From NCBI GenBank assembly GCA_044225175.1, contig JBGAJA010000001.1, positions 6,994-70,993 of the forward strand: a DNA stretch of 64,000 bases, given 5' to 3'. Under the pieces are notes generated by a model. The model had not been told where the DNA came from, ran no database searches, and saw only the letters and a program-made list of their open reading frames with translations. The DNA is from Candidatus Omnitrophota bacterium (GTDB lineage: Bacteria > Omnitrophota > Gorgyraeia > Zapsychrales > Fredricksoniimonadaceae). A program made the position numbers and the translations under genes. Positions 10,511 through 19,615 of this stretch are shown here, piece after piece; position 1 is the first letter of the stretch, and each line of letters begins with the position of its first letter.

Positions 10511-12193
10511 GTGAATATGGATGTTAAGATTTTTAGTAAGCGCATGATTGAATTGATGCCTCAATGTATCAGAGGATTCCATAGTTACGAATCCAACTAT
10601 CTTTCCCATGGCAAAATAAGCCAACCACAGTTTTGGGCTTTAGAGTATCTTTCCCGTAAAGGGCCTTCCTTAATGAGTGAAATTGCTGATTTTTTAGCTG
10701 TTAGTCGTCCAGCTGCTACAGGACTAATTGATCGATTGATTATCCAAAAACTTGTCAGCCGACAAGTTGGAGAGGATGATAGACGCAGCGTTAAAGTAGA
10801 GATTACTGCTAAGGGTAAAAAGATCGTTTCCAATATATGGGACCAGAAACGCCGAAGTTTAGAGAAAGTTTTTTCTCAGATTTCTTCCAAAGATAGACGC
10901 CAGCATTTGGAAATTTTAGAAAGGGTTGTGAAAGTTCTTTCTAGTGGAGTTTGTATTCTTTTGATTGAAGTGATTGCTTTTTTTAGCTTTTCAATCAGTG
11001 CTTTTGCAAGTGAGCAGCCTCCTACTGCGCTGACACTTCAAGAAGCTTATCAACTGGCTCTTAAGCGTTCAGAATCAATTGCGATCAATCAAGAAATCAT
11101 CAAAGAGGCTGAAGGGCGGTTTTTGCGCTCTTTTAGCGGCATATTGCCTCAAGTCAATTATGAAATTTCCCGCCAATGGCAGGATCAAAGCTCCAATGAT
11201 TCAAGTGGCAATAGATACCGACGTTTTACATTAAGCCAGCCTTTATTTAGTGGTTTTAAAGAGTATGCAGCGATTTCCTCGACAAAAGCTCTTCGTAAAC
11301 AAAGAGAAAGTGAGCTTAGGCGAGCCCAAGAGCTTCTTTTTACAGATGTGGCCGATGCGTTCTATTTAATTCTAACTTATCAAGAAGATTTGCAAGCTTT
11401 AGGAGATATTCATAAAGCATTAACAGATCGCTTTGGGGAATTGAAACGGCGGCAAGATTTGGGTCGATCTCGTGAGAGCGAGGTTGCTAGTGCAGAAGCC
11501 TCCTTGTATAAGACTGAAGCTGATCAGGAAGCTGTCAGAAGTCAATTATCTGTTGGTCAACAGCTTTTAGAATTTTTGACGGGAAAGCCTTTTAGTGGTA
11601 TTCAAGAGGACCCTTTACCCACTGATTCTGCTAAAACAATGGATGAATTTGTAGCGAAGGCTAATCAAAGAGCAGATGTTCAAGCAGCCAGGCAAGCTGT
11701 CATTGTGGCTAAAAAGAATGTGACCATTGCTCGAGCCGGATTTTGGCCATCTGTAACACTGGATGGAAATTCTTATGACCAAAGAAAGGGTGCTTCTGAG
11801 AATGTAGATTGGGATGTCACTTTAAATATAACTGTTCCACTTTTCAATGGAGGCGAGACCGTTGGAAGTATTAAAGAAGCTCAGGCCCTTGCCAAACAAT
11901 CGGAATTATTATTGAGTCAAACAGAACGTTTGGCTGTTTTAGATATTCAAAATTCTTATACCAGATTTCTAGAAGGTCAGAAAAGAGAATCAGCTTTAAA
12001 AAAGGCATCTGATTCTGCCCAGCGAAACTTCCAATTGCAGGAAAGAGACTACAAAAGCAGCTTGGTTAATAACTTGGATGTTTTGCAAGCCCTTGAAGAT
12101 TGGACAGATCGACGCAGGGATTACATTGTTATTAAAAATGATGCGAAACGATCTTATTGGAATTTAAAAGTAGCTGCAGGAGAGTTGATATGA
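10511..12193 (+). CDS. MarR-family regulator domain fused in frame to a TolC-family outer membrane factor
   Basis: The N-terminal ~140 aa form a winged HTH (SRPAATGLIDRL...DDRRSVKVEITAKG). A signal-like hydrophobic stretch ending AFA follows, then two OEP repeats (LTLQEAYQLAL, PLFSG, PLFNGG). Confidence 0.8.
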   Translation: MNMDVKIFSKRMIELMPQCIRGFHSYESNYLSHGKISQPQFWALEYLSRKGPSLMSEIADFLAVSRPAATGLIDRLIIQKLVSRQVGEDDRRSVKVEITAKGKKIVSNIWDQKRRSLEKVFSQISSKDRRQHLEILERVVKVLSSGVCILLIEVIAFFSFSISAFASEQPPTALTLQEAYQLALKRSESIAINQEIIKEAEGRFLRSFSGILPQVNYEISRQWQDQSSNDSSGNRYRRFTLSQPLFSGFKEYAAISSTKALRKQRESELRRAQELLFTDVADAFYLILTYQEDLQALGDIHKALTDRFGELKRRQDLGRSRESEVASAEASLYKTEADQEAVRSQLSVGQQLLEFLTGKPFSGIQEDPLPTDSAKTMDEFVAKANQRADVQAARQAVIVAKKNVTIARAGFWPSVTLDGNSYDQRKGASENVDWDVTLNITVPLFNGGETVGSIKEAQALAKQSELLLSQTERLAVLDIQNSYTRFLEGQKRESALKKASDSAQRNFQLQERDYKSSLVNNLDVLQALEDWTDRRRDYIVIKNDAKRSYWNLKVAAGELI

Positions 12194-15100
12194 CGCTTTC
12201 TGATTTATCAATTAAAAGACCGGTATTTGCATGGATGGTCATGACAGCATTGATTGTTTTTGGGGTCATTTGCTATAAGAATTTGGGGATCAGCCAACTT
12301 CCCGACGTGGAGGTCCCAACAATTGCAGTTAACGTGACATGGTCAGGCGCTGCACCTGAAGTGATGGAAAGCAATGTTGTCGATGTCATTGAAGGGGCTG
12401 TTTTATCTGTTCAAGGCATCAAAAATGTTACCTCTGCTGTTCGTAATGGCTCAGCTTCTATCACAATTGAATTAGAGCTAGGGCGTGATCCGGATGTGGC
12501 TGTTCAGGAAGTTCAATCTAAGATTTCTCAGGCCCAAAGACTTTTACCCAAAGATATTGATCCTCCCATTATTTCAAAAGTTAACCCTGCACAACAACCT
12601 ATCGTTTGGTTGACTCTTTCTGGGGATAAGGCAACTCCCCGTCAATTAATGGAATATGTGCAAGACCATCTGCAGGACAAATTTTCACCTGTTCGTGGGG
12701 TAGGGCAAGTGAATTTAGGCGGTTTTGTGGCGCCCAATTTAAGGTTATGGATTGACCGTGATAAACTTTTGGCCAATGAATTGACAGTTGCAGATGTGAT
12801 TAGGGCTATTGAGAGTGAACATTCTGAAATCCCAGCTGGCCGCATTGAAACTAAAGATAAGGAACAAGTTGTTCGGGCTATGGGGGAAGTTAAGACTGCG
12901 AAAGATTTTGAGAATATAGTCATTGCCAAACGGAATGGAGGGCCTAATTACAAGCCTATCTTCCTTAAAGACATTGGTAGCGTTGAAGATGGATTGGATG
13001 ATGTGCGTCGTTTGTCTCGCAGTAACGGGATCACAGCCATTGGTTTGGGAATTCAAAAGCAAATTGGTTCTAACGAAGTGGAAGTGGGTCGTGGGGTCAT
13101 GAAGAAGCTAGAAGAAGTTAGAAAAGAGCTGCCCAAAGATTTGAAACTGGACGTTGTTATTAATAGAACTAAATTCATTGAAGAATCCATTCATGAACTT
13201 ATGTTTACACTCTTTCTTTCAGCTTTAGTGACTTCTTTGGTTTGTTGGATTTTTTTAGGATCTTGGACAGCCACTTTAAACATCCTTTTGGCAATACCCA
13301 CGTCGATCATTGGCACATTTATTGTGATCAATTTTTTGGGTTTTACGCTTAACACATTTACCGTCCTTGGGCTTTCTTTAGCTATAGGAATCGTAGTTGA
13401 TGATTCCATTATGGTTTTGGAGAATATTGTTCGCTACCGGGAACAGGGTAAAGGACGGGTGGAAGCGGCAGTCATGGGGGCTCGCCAAATTACTTTTGCA
13501 GCATTAGCAGCCACATTATCGATCATTGCTATCTTTTTGCCTGTTGCATTTATGTCCGGTATGATTGGAAAATTCTTTTATCAATTCGGCGTGACTATTT
13601 CCGTTGCTGTTGCCTTATCTTTGCTTGAAGCATTAATGCTTACACCCATGCGTTGTTCTCAATTCTTACAAGTCAAAGAACGAATGTCTCGTTTTGGTCA
13701 TGCTGTAGACCAAACATTTCATTTATTATCTGATAATTATAGAAGTACTTTGCGCTGGACATTAGAGCACAGATGGAGTGTTCTTATAAGTTCAGTGATT
13801 ATTTCTGTTGTGGTCGCTGTATTTTTTGGAGGTCACTTAAGAAAAGAGTTTGTTCCGCCACAAGATCAAAGTCAGTTCTTATGCTCGCTCAAGACTCCTC
13901 CAGGTTCTTCTATTGAATTTACTAACGAGCGTTTTAAACAAGCAGAGAAGTTTGTCATGAGCCGTCCTGAAGTGAACCGTTACTTTGCCTTCATTGGTGG
14001 TTTTCAAGGAGGACAAGTTAATGAAGGAAGGATATTCGTTTCTTTAAAATCTCCTAAAGATAGGCCAGTTGCAGAAGGAAATAAAAAGCCTTTAAACCAA
14101 ACAGAGTTGATCGCGTTATTTCGTAAGGAACTCAATAAAATTTCTGGCTTAAAAGCATTTATTCAAGACTTGTCGCTAAGCGGCTTTTCTGCTCAACGCG
14201 GGTTTCCGATTGAAATGACCGTTCAAGGGCCAGATTGGGAAAAGCTTCATCAATTTTCTGAGGAAATCAGCAAGAAAATGAGTCAAACTTCAACCCTTGT
14301 TGACGTGGACACAGATTACGATGAAGGGGCGATGGAAATTCAAGTCATTCCCAATCGAGAAAAAGTGGCCCAATATGGGGTTAGTGTGGAAGATATTAAT
14401 AATGTTATCACTGCTACGATCGGAAGCTTAAAGGTTTCCCAATACACCCATAATGATAAACGTTATGATGTAAAGGTTCGGCTGATTCCAGGCCAAAGAG
14501 AAAGGCCAGATGACATTTTAAACTTAGTGGTTTGGAATAATCGAGGAGAATTAGTTAGTCTTAAAGAGCTGGTTGAAATCAAAGAGAAACCTACAGCGGT
14601 TACAATCACCCGCCGAAACCGTGAACGATCAATCAATATTTCTGCCAATTATGCTCCCGGAACATCTCAATCTGTAGCTATGCAAGAGGCTATCAGCATT
14701 GCTAAATCAATTTTACCTGAAGGATATACAGCTATTTTTACCGGAAGTTCTCAAGCTGCCCGGGAATCTAATAGCGGAATCTTATTCATTTTTTTACTTG
14801 GAATTGGGGTGGCTTATATGGTGTTGGCCTCCCAGTTTAATAGCTATGTGCATCCTATCAGTGTTTTAATGGCCCTTCCTTTTAGTGTGACAGGTGGGCT
14901 GCTTGCCCTTTGGTTAGCCGGCCAGTCTTTGAATGTGTACAGCATGATCGGAATTGTACTTTTGATGGGGATTGTTAAGAAAAATTCTATTTTGTTAGTT
15001 GATTTTACCAATTATACAAGAGAGCAGGGAAAAGGGATTAAAGAAGCTTTGATTGAAGCCTGTCCTATTAGATTAAGGCCTATTTTAATGACCTCTTGTG

Positions 15101-15324
15101 CCACTATTGCAGCTGCCATTCCACCTGCATTGGCCATTGGTCCGGGTGCAGAAGTACGTATCCCTATGTCTGTTGCGGTTATAGGAGGTGTGATTGTATC
15201 CACATTTTTTACATTATTTGTAGTTCCTTGTGTTTATAGTTTATTAACTCGATTTGAACATCATCATAACCCTGCTGATGGCTCTTTTGAAAAATCCTTT
15301 GGTGAGTTCGTTTCGAAATCTTAA
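12190..15324 (+). CDS. RND efflux transporter permease (AcrB/AcrD/AcrF family)
   Basis: SIKRPVFA, GIVVDDSIMVLENI, GIVKKNSILLVDF, RLRPILMT; ATGA overlap with the tolC stop. Confidence 0.95.
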   Translation: MTLSDLSIKRPVFAWMVMTALIVFGVICYKNLGISQLPDVEVPTIAVNVTWSGAAPEVMESNVVDVIEGAVLSVQGIKNVTSAVRNGSASITIELELGRDPDVAVQEVQSKISQAQRLLPKDIDPPIISKVNPAQQPIVWLTLSGDKATPRQLMEYVQDHLQDKFSPVRGVGQVNLGGFVAPNLRLWIDRDKLLANELTVADVIRAIESEHSEIPAGRIETKDKEQVVRAMGEVKTAKDFENIVIAKRNGGPNYKPIFLKDIGSVEDGLDDVRRLSRSNGITAIGLGIQKQIGSNEVEVGRGVMKKLEEVRKELPKDLKLDVVINRTKFIEESIHELMFTLFLSALVTSLVCWIFLGSWTATLNILLAIPTSIIGTFIVINFLGFTLNTFTVLGLSLAIGIVVDDSIMVLENIVRYREQGKGRVEAAVMGARQITFAALAATLSIIAIFLPVAFMSGMIGKFFYQFGVTISVAVALSLLEALMLTPMRCSQFLQVKERMSRFGHAVDQTFHLLSDNYRSTLRWTLEHRWSVLISSVIISVVVAVFFGGHLRKEFVPPQDQSQFLCSLKTPPGSSIEFTNERFKQAEKFVMSRPEVNRYFAFIGGFQGGQVNEGRIFVSLKSPKDRPVAEGNKKPLNQTELIALFRKELNKISGLKAFIQDLSLSGFSAQRGFPIEMTVQGPDWEKLHQFSEEISKKMSQTSTLVDVDTDYDEGAMEIQVIPNREKVAQYGVSVEDINNVITATIGSLKVSQYTHNDKRYDVKVRLIPGQRERPDDILNLVVWNNRGELVSLKELVEIKEKPTAVTITRRNRERSINISANYAPGTSQSVAMQEAISIAKSILPEGYTAIFTGSSQAARESNSGILFIFLLGIGVAYMVLASQFNSYVHPISVLMALPFSVTGGLLALWLAGQSLNVYSMIGIVLLMGIVKKNSILLVDFTNYTREQGKGIKEALIEACPIRLRPILMTSCATIAAAIPPALAIGPGAEVRIPMSVAVIGGVIVSTFFTLFVVPCVYSLLTRFEHHHNPADGSFEKSFGEFVSKS

Positions 15325-15402
15325 GTATTTCCCCTCCTACTATATCCTCAAAGAAATTGATGTTTTCTGGAAGTTTAGGGACTTTCTGGTATACTTGGAA
15401 CC

Positions 15403-17370
15403 ATGTTTAAAAAGCTCAAAGATACGATTTGTGGCAAGGCTTTAAGTCCTCAGGACACGAATTTGATGCATAATATGTCCCTAATTGCCTTTTTTGCCTG
15501 GGTTGGCTTAGGGGCCGATGGGCTTTCATCTTCTTGCTATGGTCCCGAAGAAGCTTATTTAGCCTTGGGAGCAGGGCATACTCATTTAAGTATTTTTGTG
15601 GCCATTGCCACTATGATCACAGTTTTTGTCATTTCTGCTAGTTATAGCCTTATTATTGAACTTTTTCCCAATGGTGGTGGAGGATACTTAGTTGCCAGTC
15701 GTTTAATTTCTCCCAATGTGGGGATGGTAGCTGGATGCGCTCTTTTAATTGACTATCTATTGACTATCTCTATTTCATTAGCTAGTGGTACAGATGCCCT
15801 TTTTAGTTTCCTACCTATTGAATTTCAACAATATAAGCTGGTTTTTTGTGTTGGAAGCCTTTTGTTGCTTACGATCATGAATATTCGAGGAGTTAAAGAG
15901 TCAATTTTGCCCTTAGTTCCCATATTCTTGACATTCATTTTTACGCATTTATTCATGATTGTCTATGCCATGGCTATCCATGTGAACAAATTTCCCTCTA
16001 TTATACAGGATACCGGAGTTGAGATTAATCAAACATATGGGGAATTAGGTATGTGGGGAATGCTGTTTTTGATTCTCAAGGCCTATAGTTTAGGGGCTGG
16101 GACATATACGGGTATTGAAGCTGTCAGTAATGGTCTTCCTATTTTACGTGAGCCACGGGTTAAAACCGGAAAAAGAACGATGCTGTATATGTCTCTGTCT
16201 TTGGCTTTTACAGTATTTGGACTGATGATTGCTTATGTGATTTATGATATAGGAGCTGTTCCTGGAAAGACGTTAAATGCAGTGTTATTTGAAACATTTT
16301 CCAGCAGTTGGGGGCCACCTGGTCAAGCCTTCGTATGGATTAGTCTTATTTCTGAGGCTTTTATCTTGTTTGTTGCAGCTCAAAGTGGATTTTTAGGGGG
16401 CCCGAGAGTTTTAGCCAATATGGCTATTGATCGCTGGTTTCCTACCAAATTTGCCGCTTTAAGCGACCGATTAGTCACCCAAAAAGGAGTGCTTCTAATG
16501 GGAGGCGCTGCTCTTATTACCATTTTAGCAACTAATGCTTCTGTTAAATATTTAGTAGTTCTTTATAGTATCAATGTATTTATCACATTTTCTTTATCTC
16601 AACTGGGGATGGTGCGCTATTGGTGGCAGAAGAAGACCGAAATTAAAGATTGGGTTAGAAAATTTTTTATTAACGGAATTGCCCTTATCCTGACAACATT
16701 CATTTTGATTGCCATTGTGATTTTAAAGTTTCATGAAGGGGGATGGGTTACCATATTGGTGACAGGGTCTTTAATTGGTGTTGCGATTATCATTAAGAAA
16801 CATTATTTGCAAACAGCCAAACAGTTACAGCGTCTTAATCATTTAGTCCAGGCTGCCTTTGTATCCGTTAAAGACATGGAAGGTGAGGAAGTTGCCAAGC
16901 CGCCTTTAGATCCAAACTCTAAGACGGCTGTGTTGGTTGTGAATGGTTTTAATGGGCTTGGACTACACACATTATTTAATGTGACGCGTCTTTTCAGTAA
17001 GGAATTTAAGAATTTCGTATTTATTCAAGTTGGCGTGATCGATGCGGGGAACTTTAAAGGTGCAGATGATTTAAAGAGTTTGCAACAAAAAGTCACAGAG
17101 GACATTCAACGATATGTGCATTTTATGAATGCCCAGGGCTGCTATGCCGAGAGTATCACTTTGACTGGGACAGATGTAATCGATGAGGTTGAGAAGATAA
17201 GTCCGCAGCTTCTGCAACGATTACCTGGCGTGGTATTCTTTGGGGGACAAGTGGTTTTTGAAAAAGAAACGATTTTAACAAGATGGCTACACAACTATAC
17301 GGTCTTTTCCTTGCAAAGACGCCTTTATAACTATGGAATCCCCTTCATGGTTATGCCAATTAGGGTTTAA
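15403..17370 (+). CDS. APC-family permease (KimA/YdaO-like, possibly a K+ transporter)
   Basis: ADGLSSSCYGPEE, PNGGGGY, TGIEAVSNG; ~12 TM segments plus a soluble C-terminal domain. Confidence 0.85.
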   Translation: MFKKLKDTICGKALSPQDTNLMHNMSLIAFFAWVGLGADGLSSSCYGPEEAYLALGAGHTHLSIFVAIATMITVFVISASYSLIIELFPNGGGGYLVASRLISPNVGMVAGCALLIDYLLTISISLASGTDALFSFLPIEFQQYKLVFCVGSLLLLTIMNIRGVKESILPLVPIFLTFIFTHLFMIVYAMAIHVNKFPSIIQDTGVEINQTYGELGMWGMLFLILKAYSLGAGTYTGIEAVSNGLPILREPRVKTGKRTMLYMSLSLAFTVFGLMIAYVIYDIGAVPGKTLNAVLFETFSSSWGPPGQAFVWISLISEAFILFVAAQSGFLGGPRVLANMAIDRWFPTKFAALSDRLVTQKGVLLMGGAALITILATNASVKYLVVLYSINVFITFSLSQLGMVRYWWQKKTEIKDWVRKFFINGIALILTTFILIAIVILKFHEGGWVTILVTGSLIGVAIIIKKHYLQTAKQLQRLNHLVQAAFVSVKDMEGEEVAKPPLDPNSKTAVLVVNGFNGLGLHTLFNVTRLFSKEFKNFVFIQVGVIDAGNFKGADDLKSLQQKVTEDIQRYVHFMNAQGCYAESITLTGTDVIDEVEKISPQLLQRLPGVVFFGGQVVFEKETILTRWLHNYTVFSLQRRLYNYGIPFMVMPIRV

Positions 17371-17382
17371 ATCTACAGAATT

Positions 17383-17637
17383 ATGGCGAAATTAAAATTA
17401 GATTTGCACGACATCTTTAACAAAGGTAAAGTCATCGATGCCGAATTAAACCGCATTATTCAAGAAGCCGTGGATAAGAGAATTTCTTTAGTGGAGATTA
17501 TTCCAGGAAAAGGAAGCGGTCAGCTTAAGAAAAGTGTTATAAGATTCTTGGAGCAAAAACATATCAAGGCTTTATACCATCGACTTGAGAAAGATGATAA
17601 GAATTTTGGCCGTATTTTTGTCCATTTCAAGTTTTAA
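17383..17637 (+). CDS. Stand-alone Smr/MutS2 C-terminal domain protein
   Basis: LDLHD...IIPGKGSGQLK Smr motif. Confidence 0.85.
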   Translation: MAKLKLDLHDIFNKGKVIDAELNRIIQEAVDKRISLVEIIPGKGSGQLKKSVIRFLEQKHIKALYHRLEKDDKNFGRIFVHFKF

Positions 17638-17645
17638 TCTTCCCT

Positions 17646-18110
17646 ATGATCGATAAACTCAAAAAAGATATTCATGATTCCTTAAAGAAGTTTATGAGAT
17701 TGGAGGACTCTCCTCATAATATTTCCTTAGGCTTTTCAGTAGGGGTGTTTTTAGGTATTTTACCATTTACGGGGGTTTTAGCAGCCATCGCAGTAGCCTG
17801 GTATTTTAAACTTAACAAACCTGCTGCAATTTTAGGAAGTTTTTTAACCAATACATGGTTAGGATTTATCATTTTAGGTATTTCTATTCATTTAAGTTGC
17901 CAGTTTTTAGGAGTTAGTTATGCGAAAATCAAAGCTATATTTGAGCAATTCTTCAAAGATTTTCATTGGGAAGTCTTTGGAGATGCATTAATGTTAAAAA
18001 TATTAGCAGCAGTTGCTTTTGGGTATCTCATTTTGAGTCTTTTATTGAGTCTTATGGCCTATTTTGCCTGTTTAGCCTATATCCATTATAAAAAACGTCC
18101 CGTCCTATAA
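17646..18110 (+). CDS. DUF2062-like membrane protein
   Basis: SPHNISLGFSVGVFLGILP...LN pattern. Confidence 0.75.
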   Translation: MIDKLKKDIHDSLKKFMRLEDSPHNISLGFSVGVFLGILPFTGVLAAIAVAWYFKLNKPAAILGSFLTNTWLGFIILGISIHLSCQFLGVSYAKIKAIFEQFFKDFHWEVFGDALMLKILAAVAFGYLILSLLLSLMAYFACLAYIHYKKRPVL

Positions 18111-18116
18111 TTTTTC

Positions 18117-18145
18117 TTGTCATTTTTTACCTCCCGCCATATACT
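18117..18145 (+). promoter_or_regulatory. Sigma70-type promoter
   Basis: TTGTCA-17 nt-TATACT upstream of the 18198 CDS. Confidence 0.55.
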
Positions 18146-18197
18146 ATGGTTCAAATTTGCAACCGACGACATTGACAACATAACAAAGGAGTAAATC

Positions 18198-19001
18198 GTG
18201 GCAGAATCAGTATTAAATCAAGAAGAACAAAAATTAGATTCTAATAATGCTGAGGGGCAAATTAAAGCCCGTAATGCTCGTATTTTTCGTATTGCAGGCG
18301 TTATTTTATCCGTTGTAATGCTTATATTAACGGCTTATGTTTTTAAAGCTCAACAAGAGAATAACAAGATTTTAATGCAGACCAATGAGGCAGTTTTGAC
18401 GTCTGTTAATCATATGGCAGGAAATTATCGTTCTTATGTAACTCAATATAAGGACACAAAAGCTCAATTAGAAGAAACAACTCGTAAGCTAGAAGCTGTC
18501 ACAGCACAGTTAAACGATGTCAGTGCTCAATTAGAAACAACCAAAGGCCTGCTCAATCAAACCCAAACTATGCTTACCCAAGCACAATCTGAAAATAATA
18601 AATTAAAAGAAGAATTACAAGGCCTAGATGGCATTAAATTGGATGAAAAAGTTCAAGATTTCAGCCAATTGGAAGCAAAAATTGCGGCTTTGAAGTCTAA
18701 GAACAATCAAACTGCTAATGAATTGACAGATTTGAGAGCTCAATTAAAAGCATTTCGAGCTGATTTTTCAACAGTAGAAGAGGGGCGTTCTTTAATTACA
18801 TTATTTCAAAATAAAATTAAATTAGTCAAAAGCCGTATGACTTATTTAGCTCAAGAGGCTTATTTTGCTAAAATTGCAGCTCAAAAAGAGCGTGATCGTT
18901 TAGCTACTTTAAACGGAAACAATGGATTTATGCTTCGTAATGGATCATCTCCAAAATCTGGAAATAAAAGTTTTTCAATTGATGTAAAAATGGTTCAATA
19001 A
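18198..19001 (+). CDS. Membrane-anchored coiled-coil protein, function unknown
   Basis: One N-terminal TM segment then long heptad repeats; RBS AAGGAG. Confidence 0.75.
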   Translation: MAESVLNQEEQKLDSNNAEGQIKARNARIFRIAGVILSVVMLILTAYVFKAQQENNKILMQTNEAVLTSVNHMAGNYRSYVTQYKDTKAQLEETTRKLEAVTAQLNDVSAQLETTKGLLNQTQTMLTQAQSENNKLKEELQGLDGIKLDEKVQDFSQLEAKIAALKSKNNQTANELTDLRAQLKAFRADFSTVEEGRSLITLFQNKIKLVKSRMTYLAQEAYFAKIAAQKERDRLATLNGNNGFMLRNGSSPKSGNKSFSIDVKMVQ

Positions 19002-19024
19002 ATTTGACCAATTTAAGAGTATTT

Positions 19025-19054
19025 AAAGGCGTATGAGTAAATCATACGCCTTTT
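19025..19054 (+). terminator. Rho-independent terminator
   Basis: AAAGGCGTATGA-gtaaa-TCATACGCCTTTT hairpin with T-tract after the 19001 stop. Confidence 0.75.
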
Positions 19055-19140
19055 CCTTGTCCTTCATTCATAGAAACTCTAAAAGGATTGAAAACCCCTC
19101 ATAAAATAGTTAATATATGTGAAATTTAAAGGAGAAAATT

Positions 19141-19593
19141 ATGTTATTAGAAGAAAAAATCTCACAAGATTATGTTACTGCAATGAAGGCGCGTGATTCT
19201 TTTCGTTCATCCGTCTTGAGCTTTTTGCGTGCCCAAGTCAAGAATATTAAAGTTGATAAACGTATCGAGGTTGTCCCTGATGAAGAGGTAATCTCGGTTC
19301 TCAAGAAGCAAATCAAACAGCGTCAGGATTCGATCTCGCAGTTTAAGGCTGGTAATCGTATTGATTTAGCAGAGAAAGAAGAGAAGGAATTAGAGGTCTT
19401 ACAAAGCTATTTACCTCAGATGGCCTCAGCCGAAGTCATTCAGTCTGCCATAGAAGAAGCTGTTAAAGAAACATCCGCAACCTCGATGAAAGATATGGGC
19501 AAGGTGATGAAAGAAGCTTTAGCTAAGTTAAATGGCAAAGCAGACAATCAACAAGTCAGCGCCTTAGTCAAAGAGCGTCTTTCCAAAATGTAA
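19141..19593 (+). CDS. yqeY: GatB/YqeY domain protein
   Basis: AMKARD...KQRQDSISQF...YLPQ...MKDMGKVM. Confidence 0.9.
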   Translation: MLLEEKISQDYVTAMKARDSFRSSVLSFLRAQVKNIKVDKRIEVVPDEEVISVLKKQIKQRQDSISQFKAGNRIDLAEKEEKELEVLQSYLPQMASAEVIQSAIEEAVKETSATSMKDMGKVMKEALAKLNGKADNQQVSALVKERLSKM

Positions 19594-19615
19594 GTTTAAT
19601 TAGAGAAAGGTTTTT

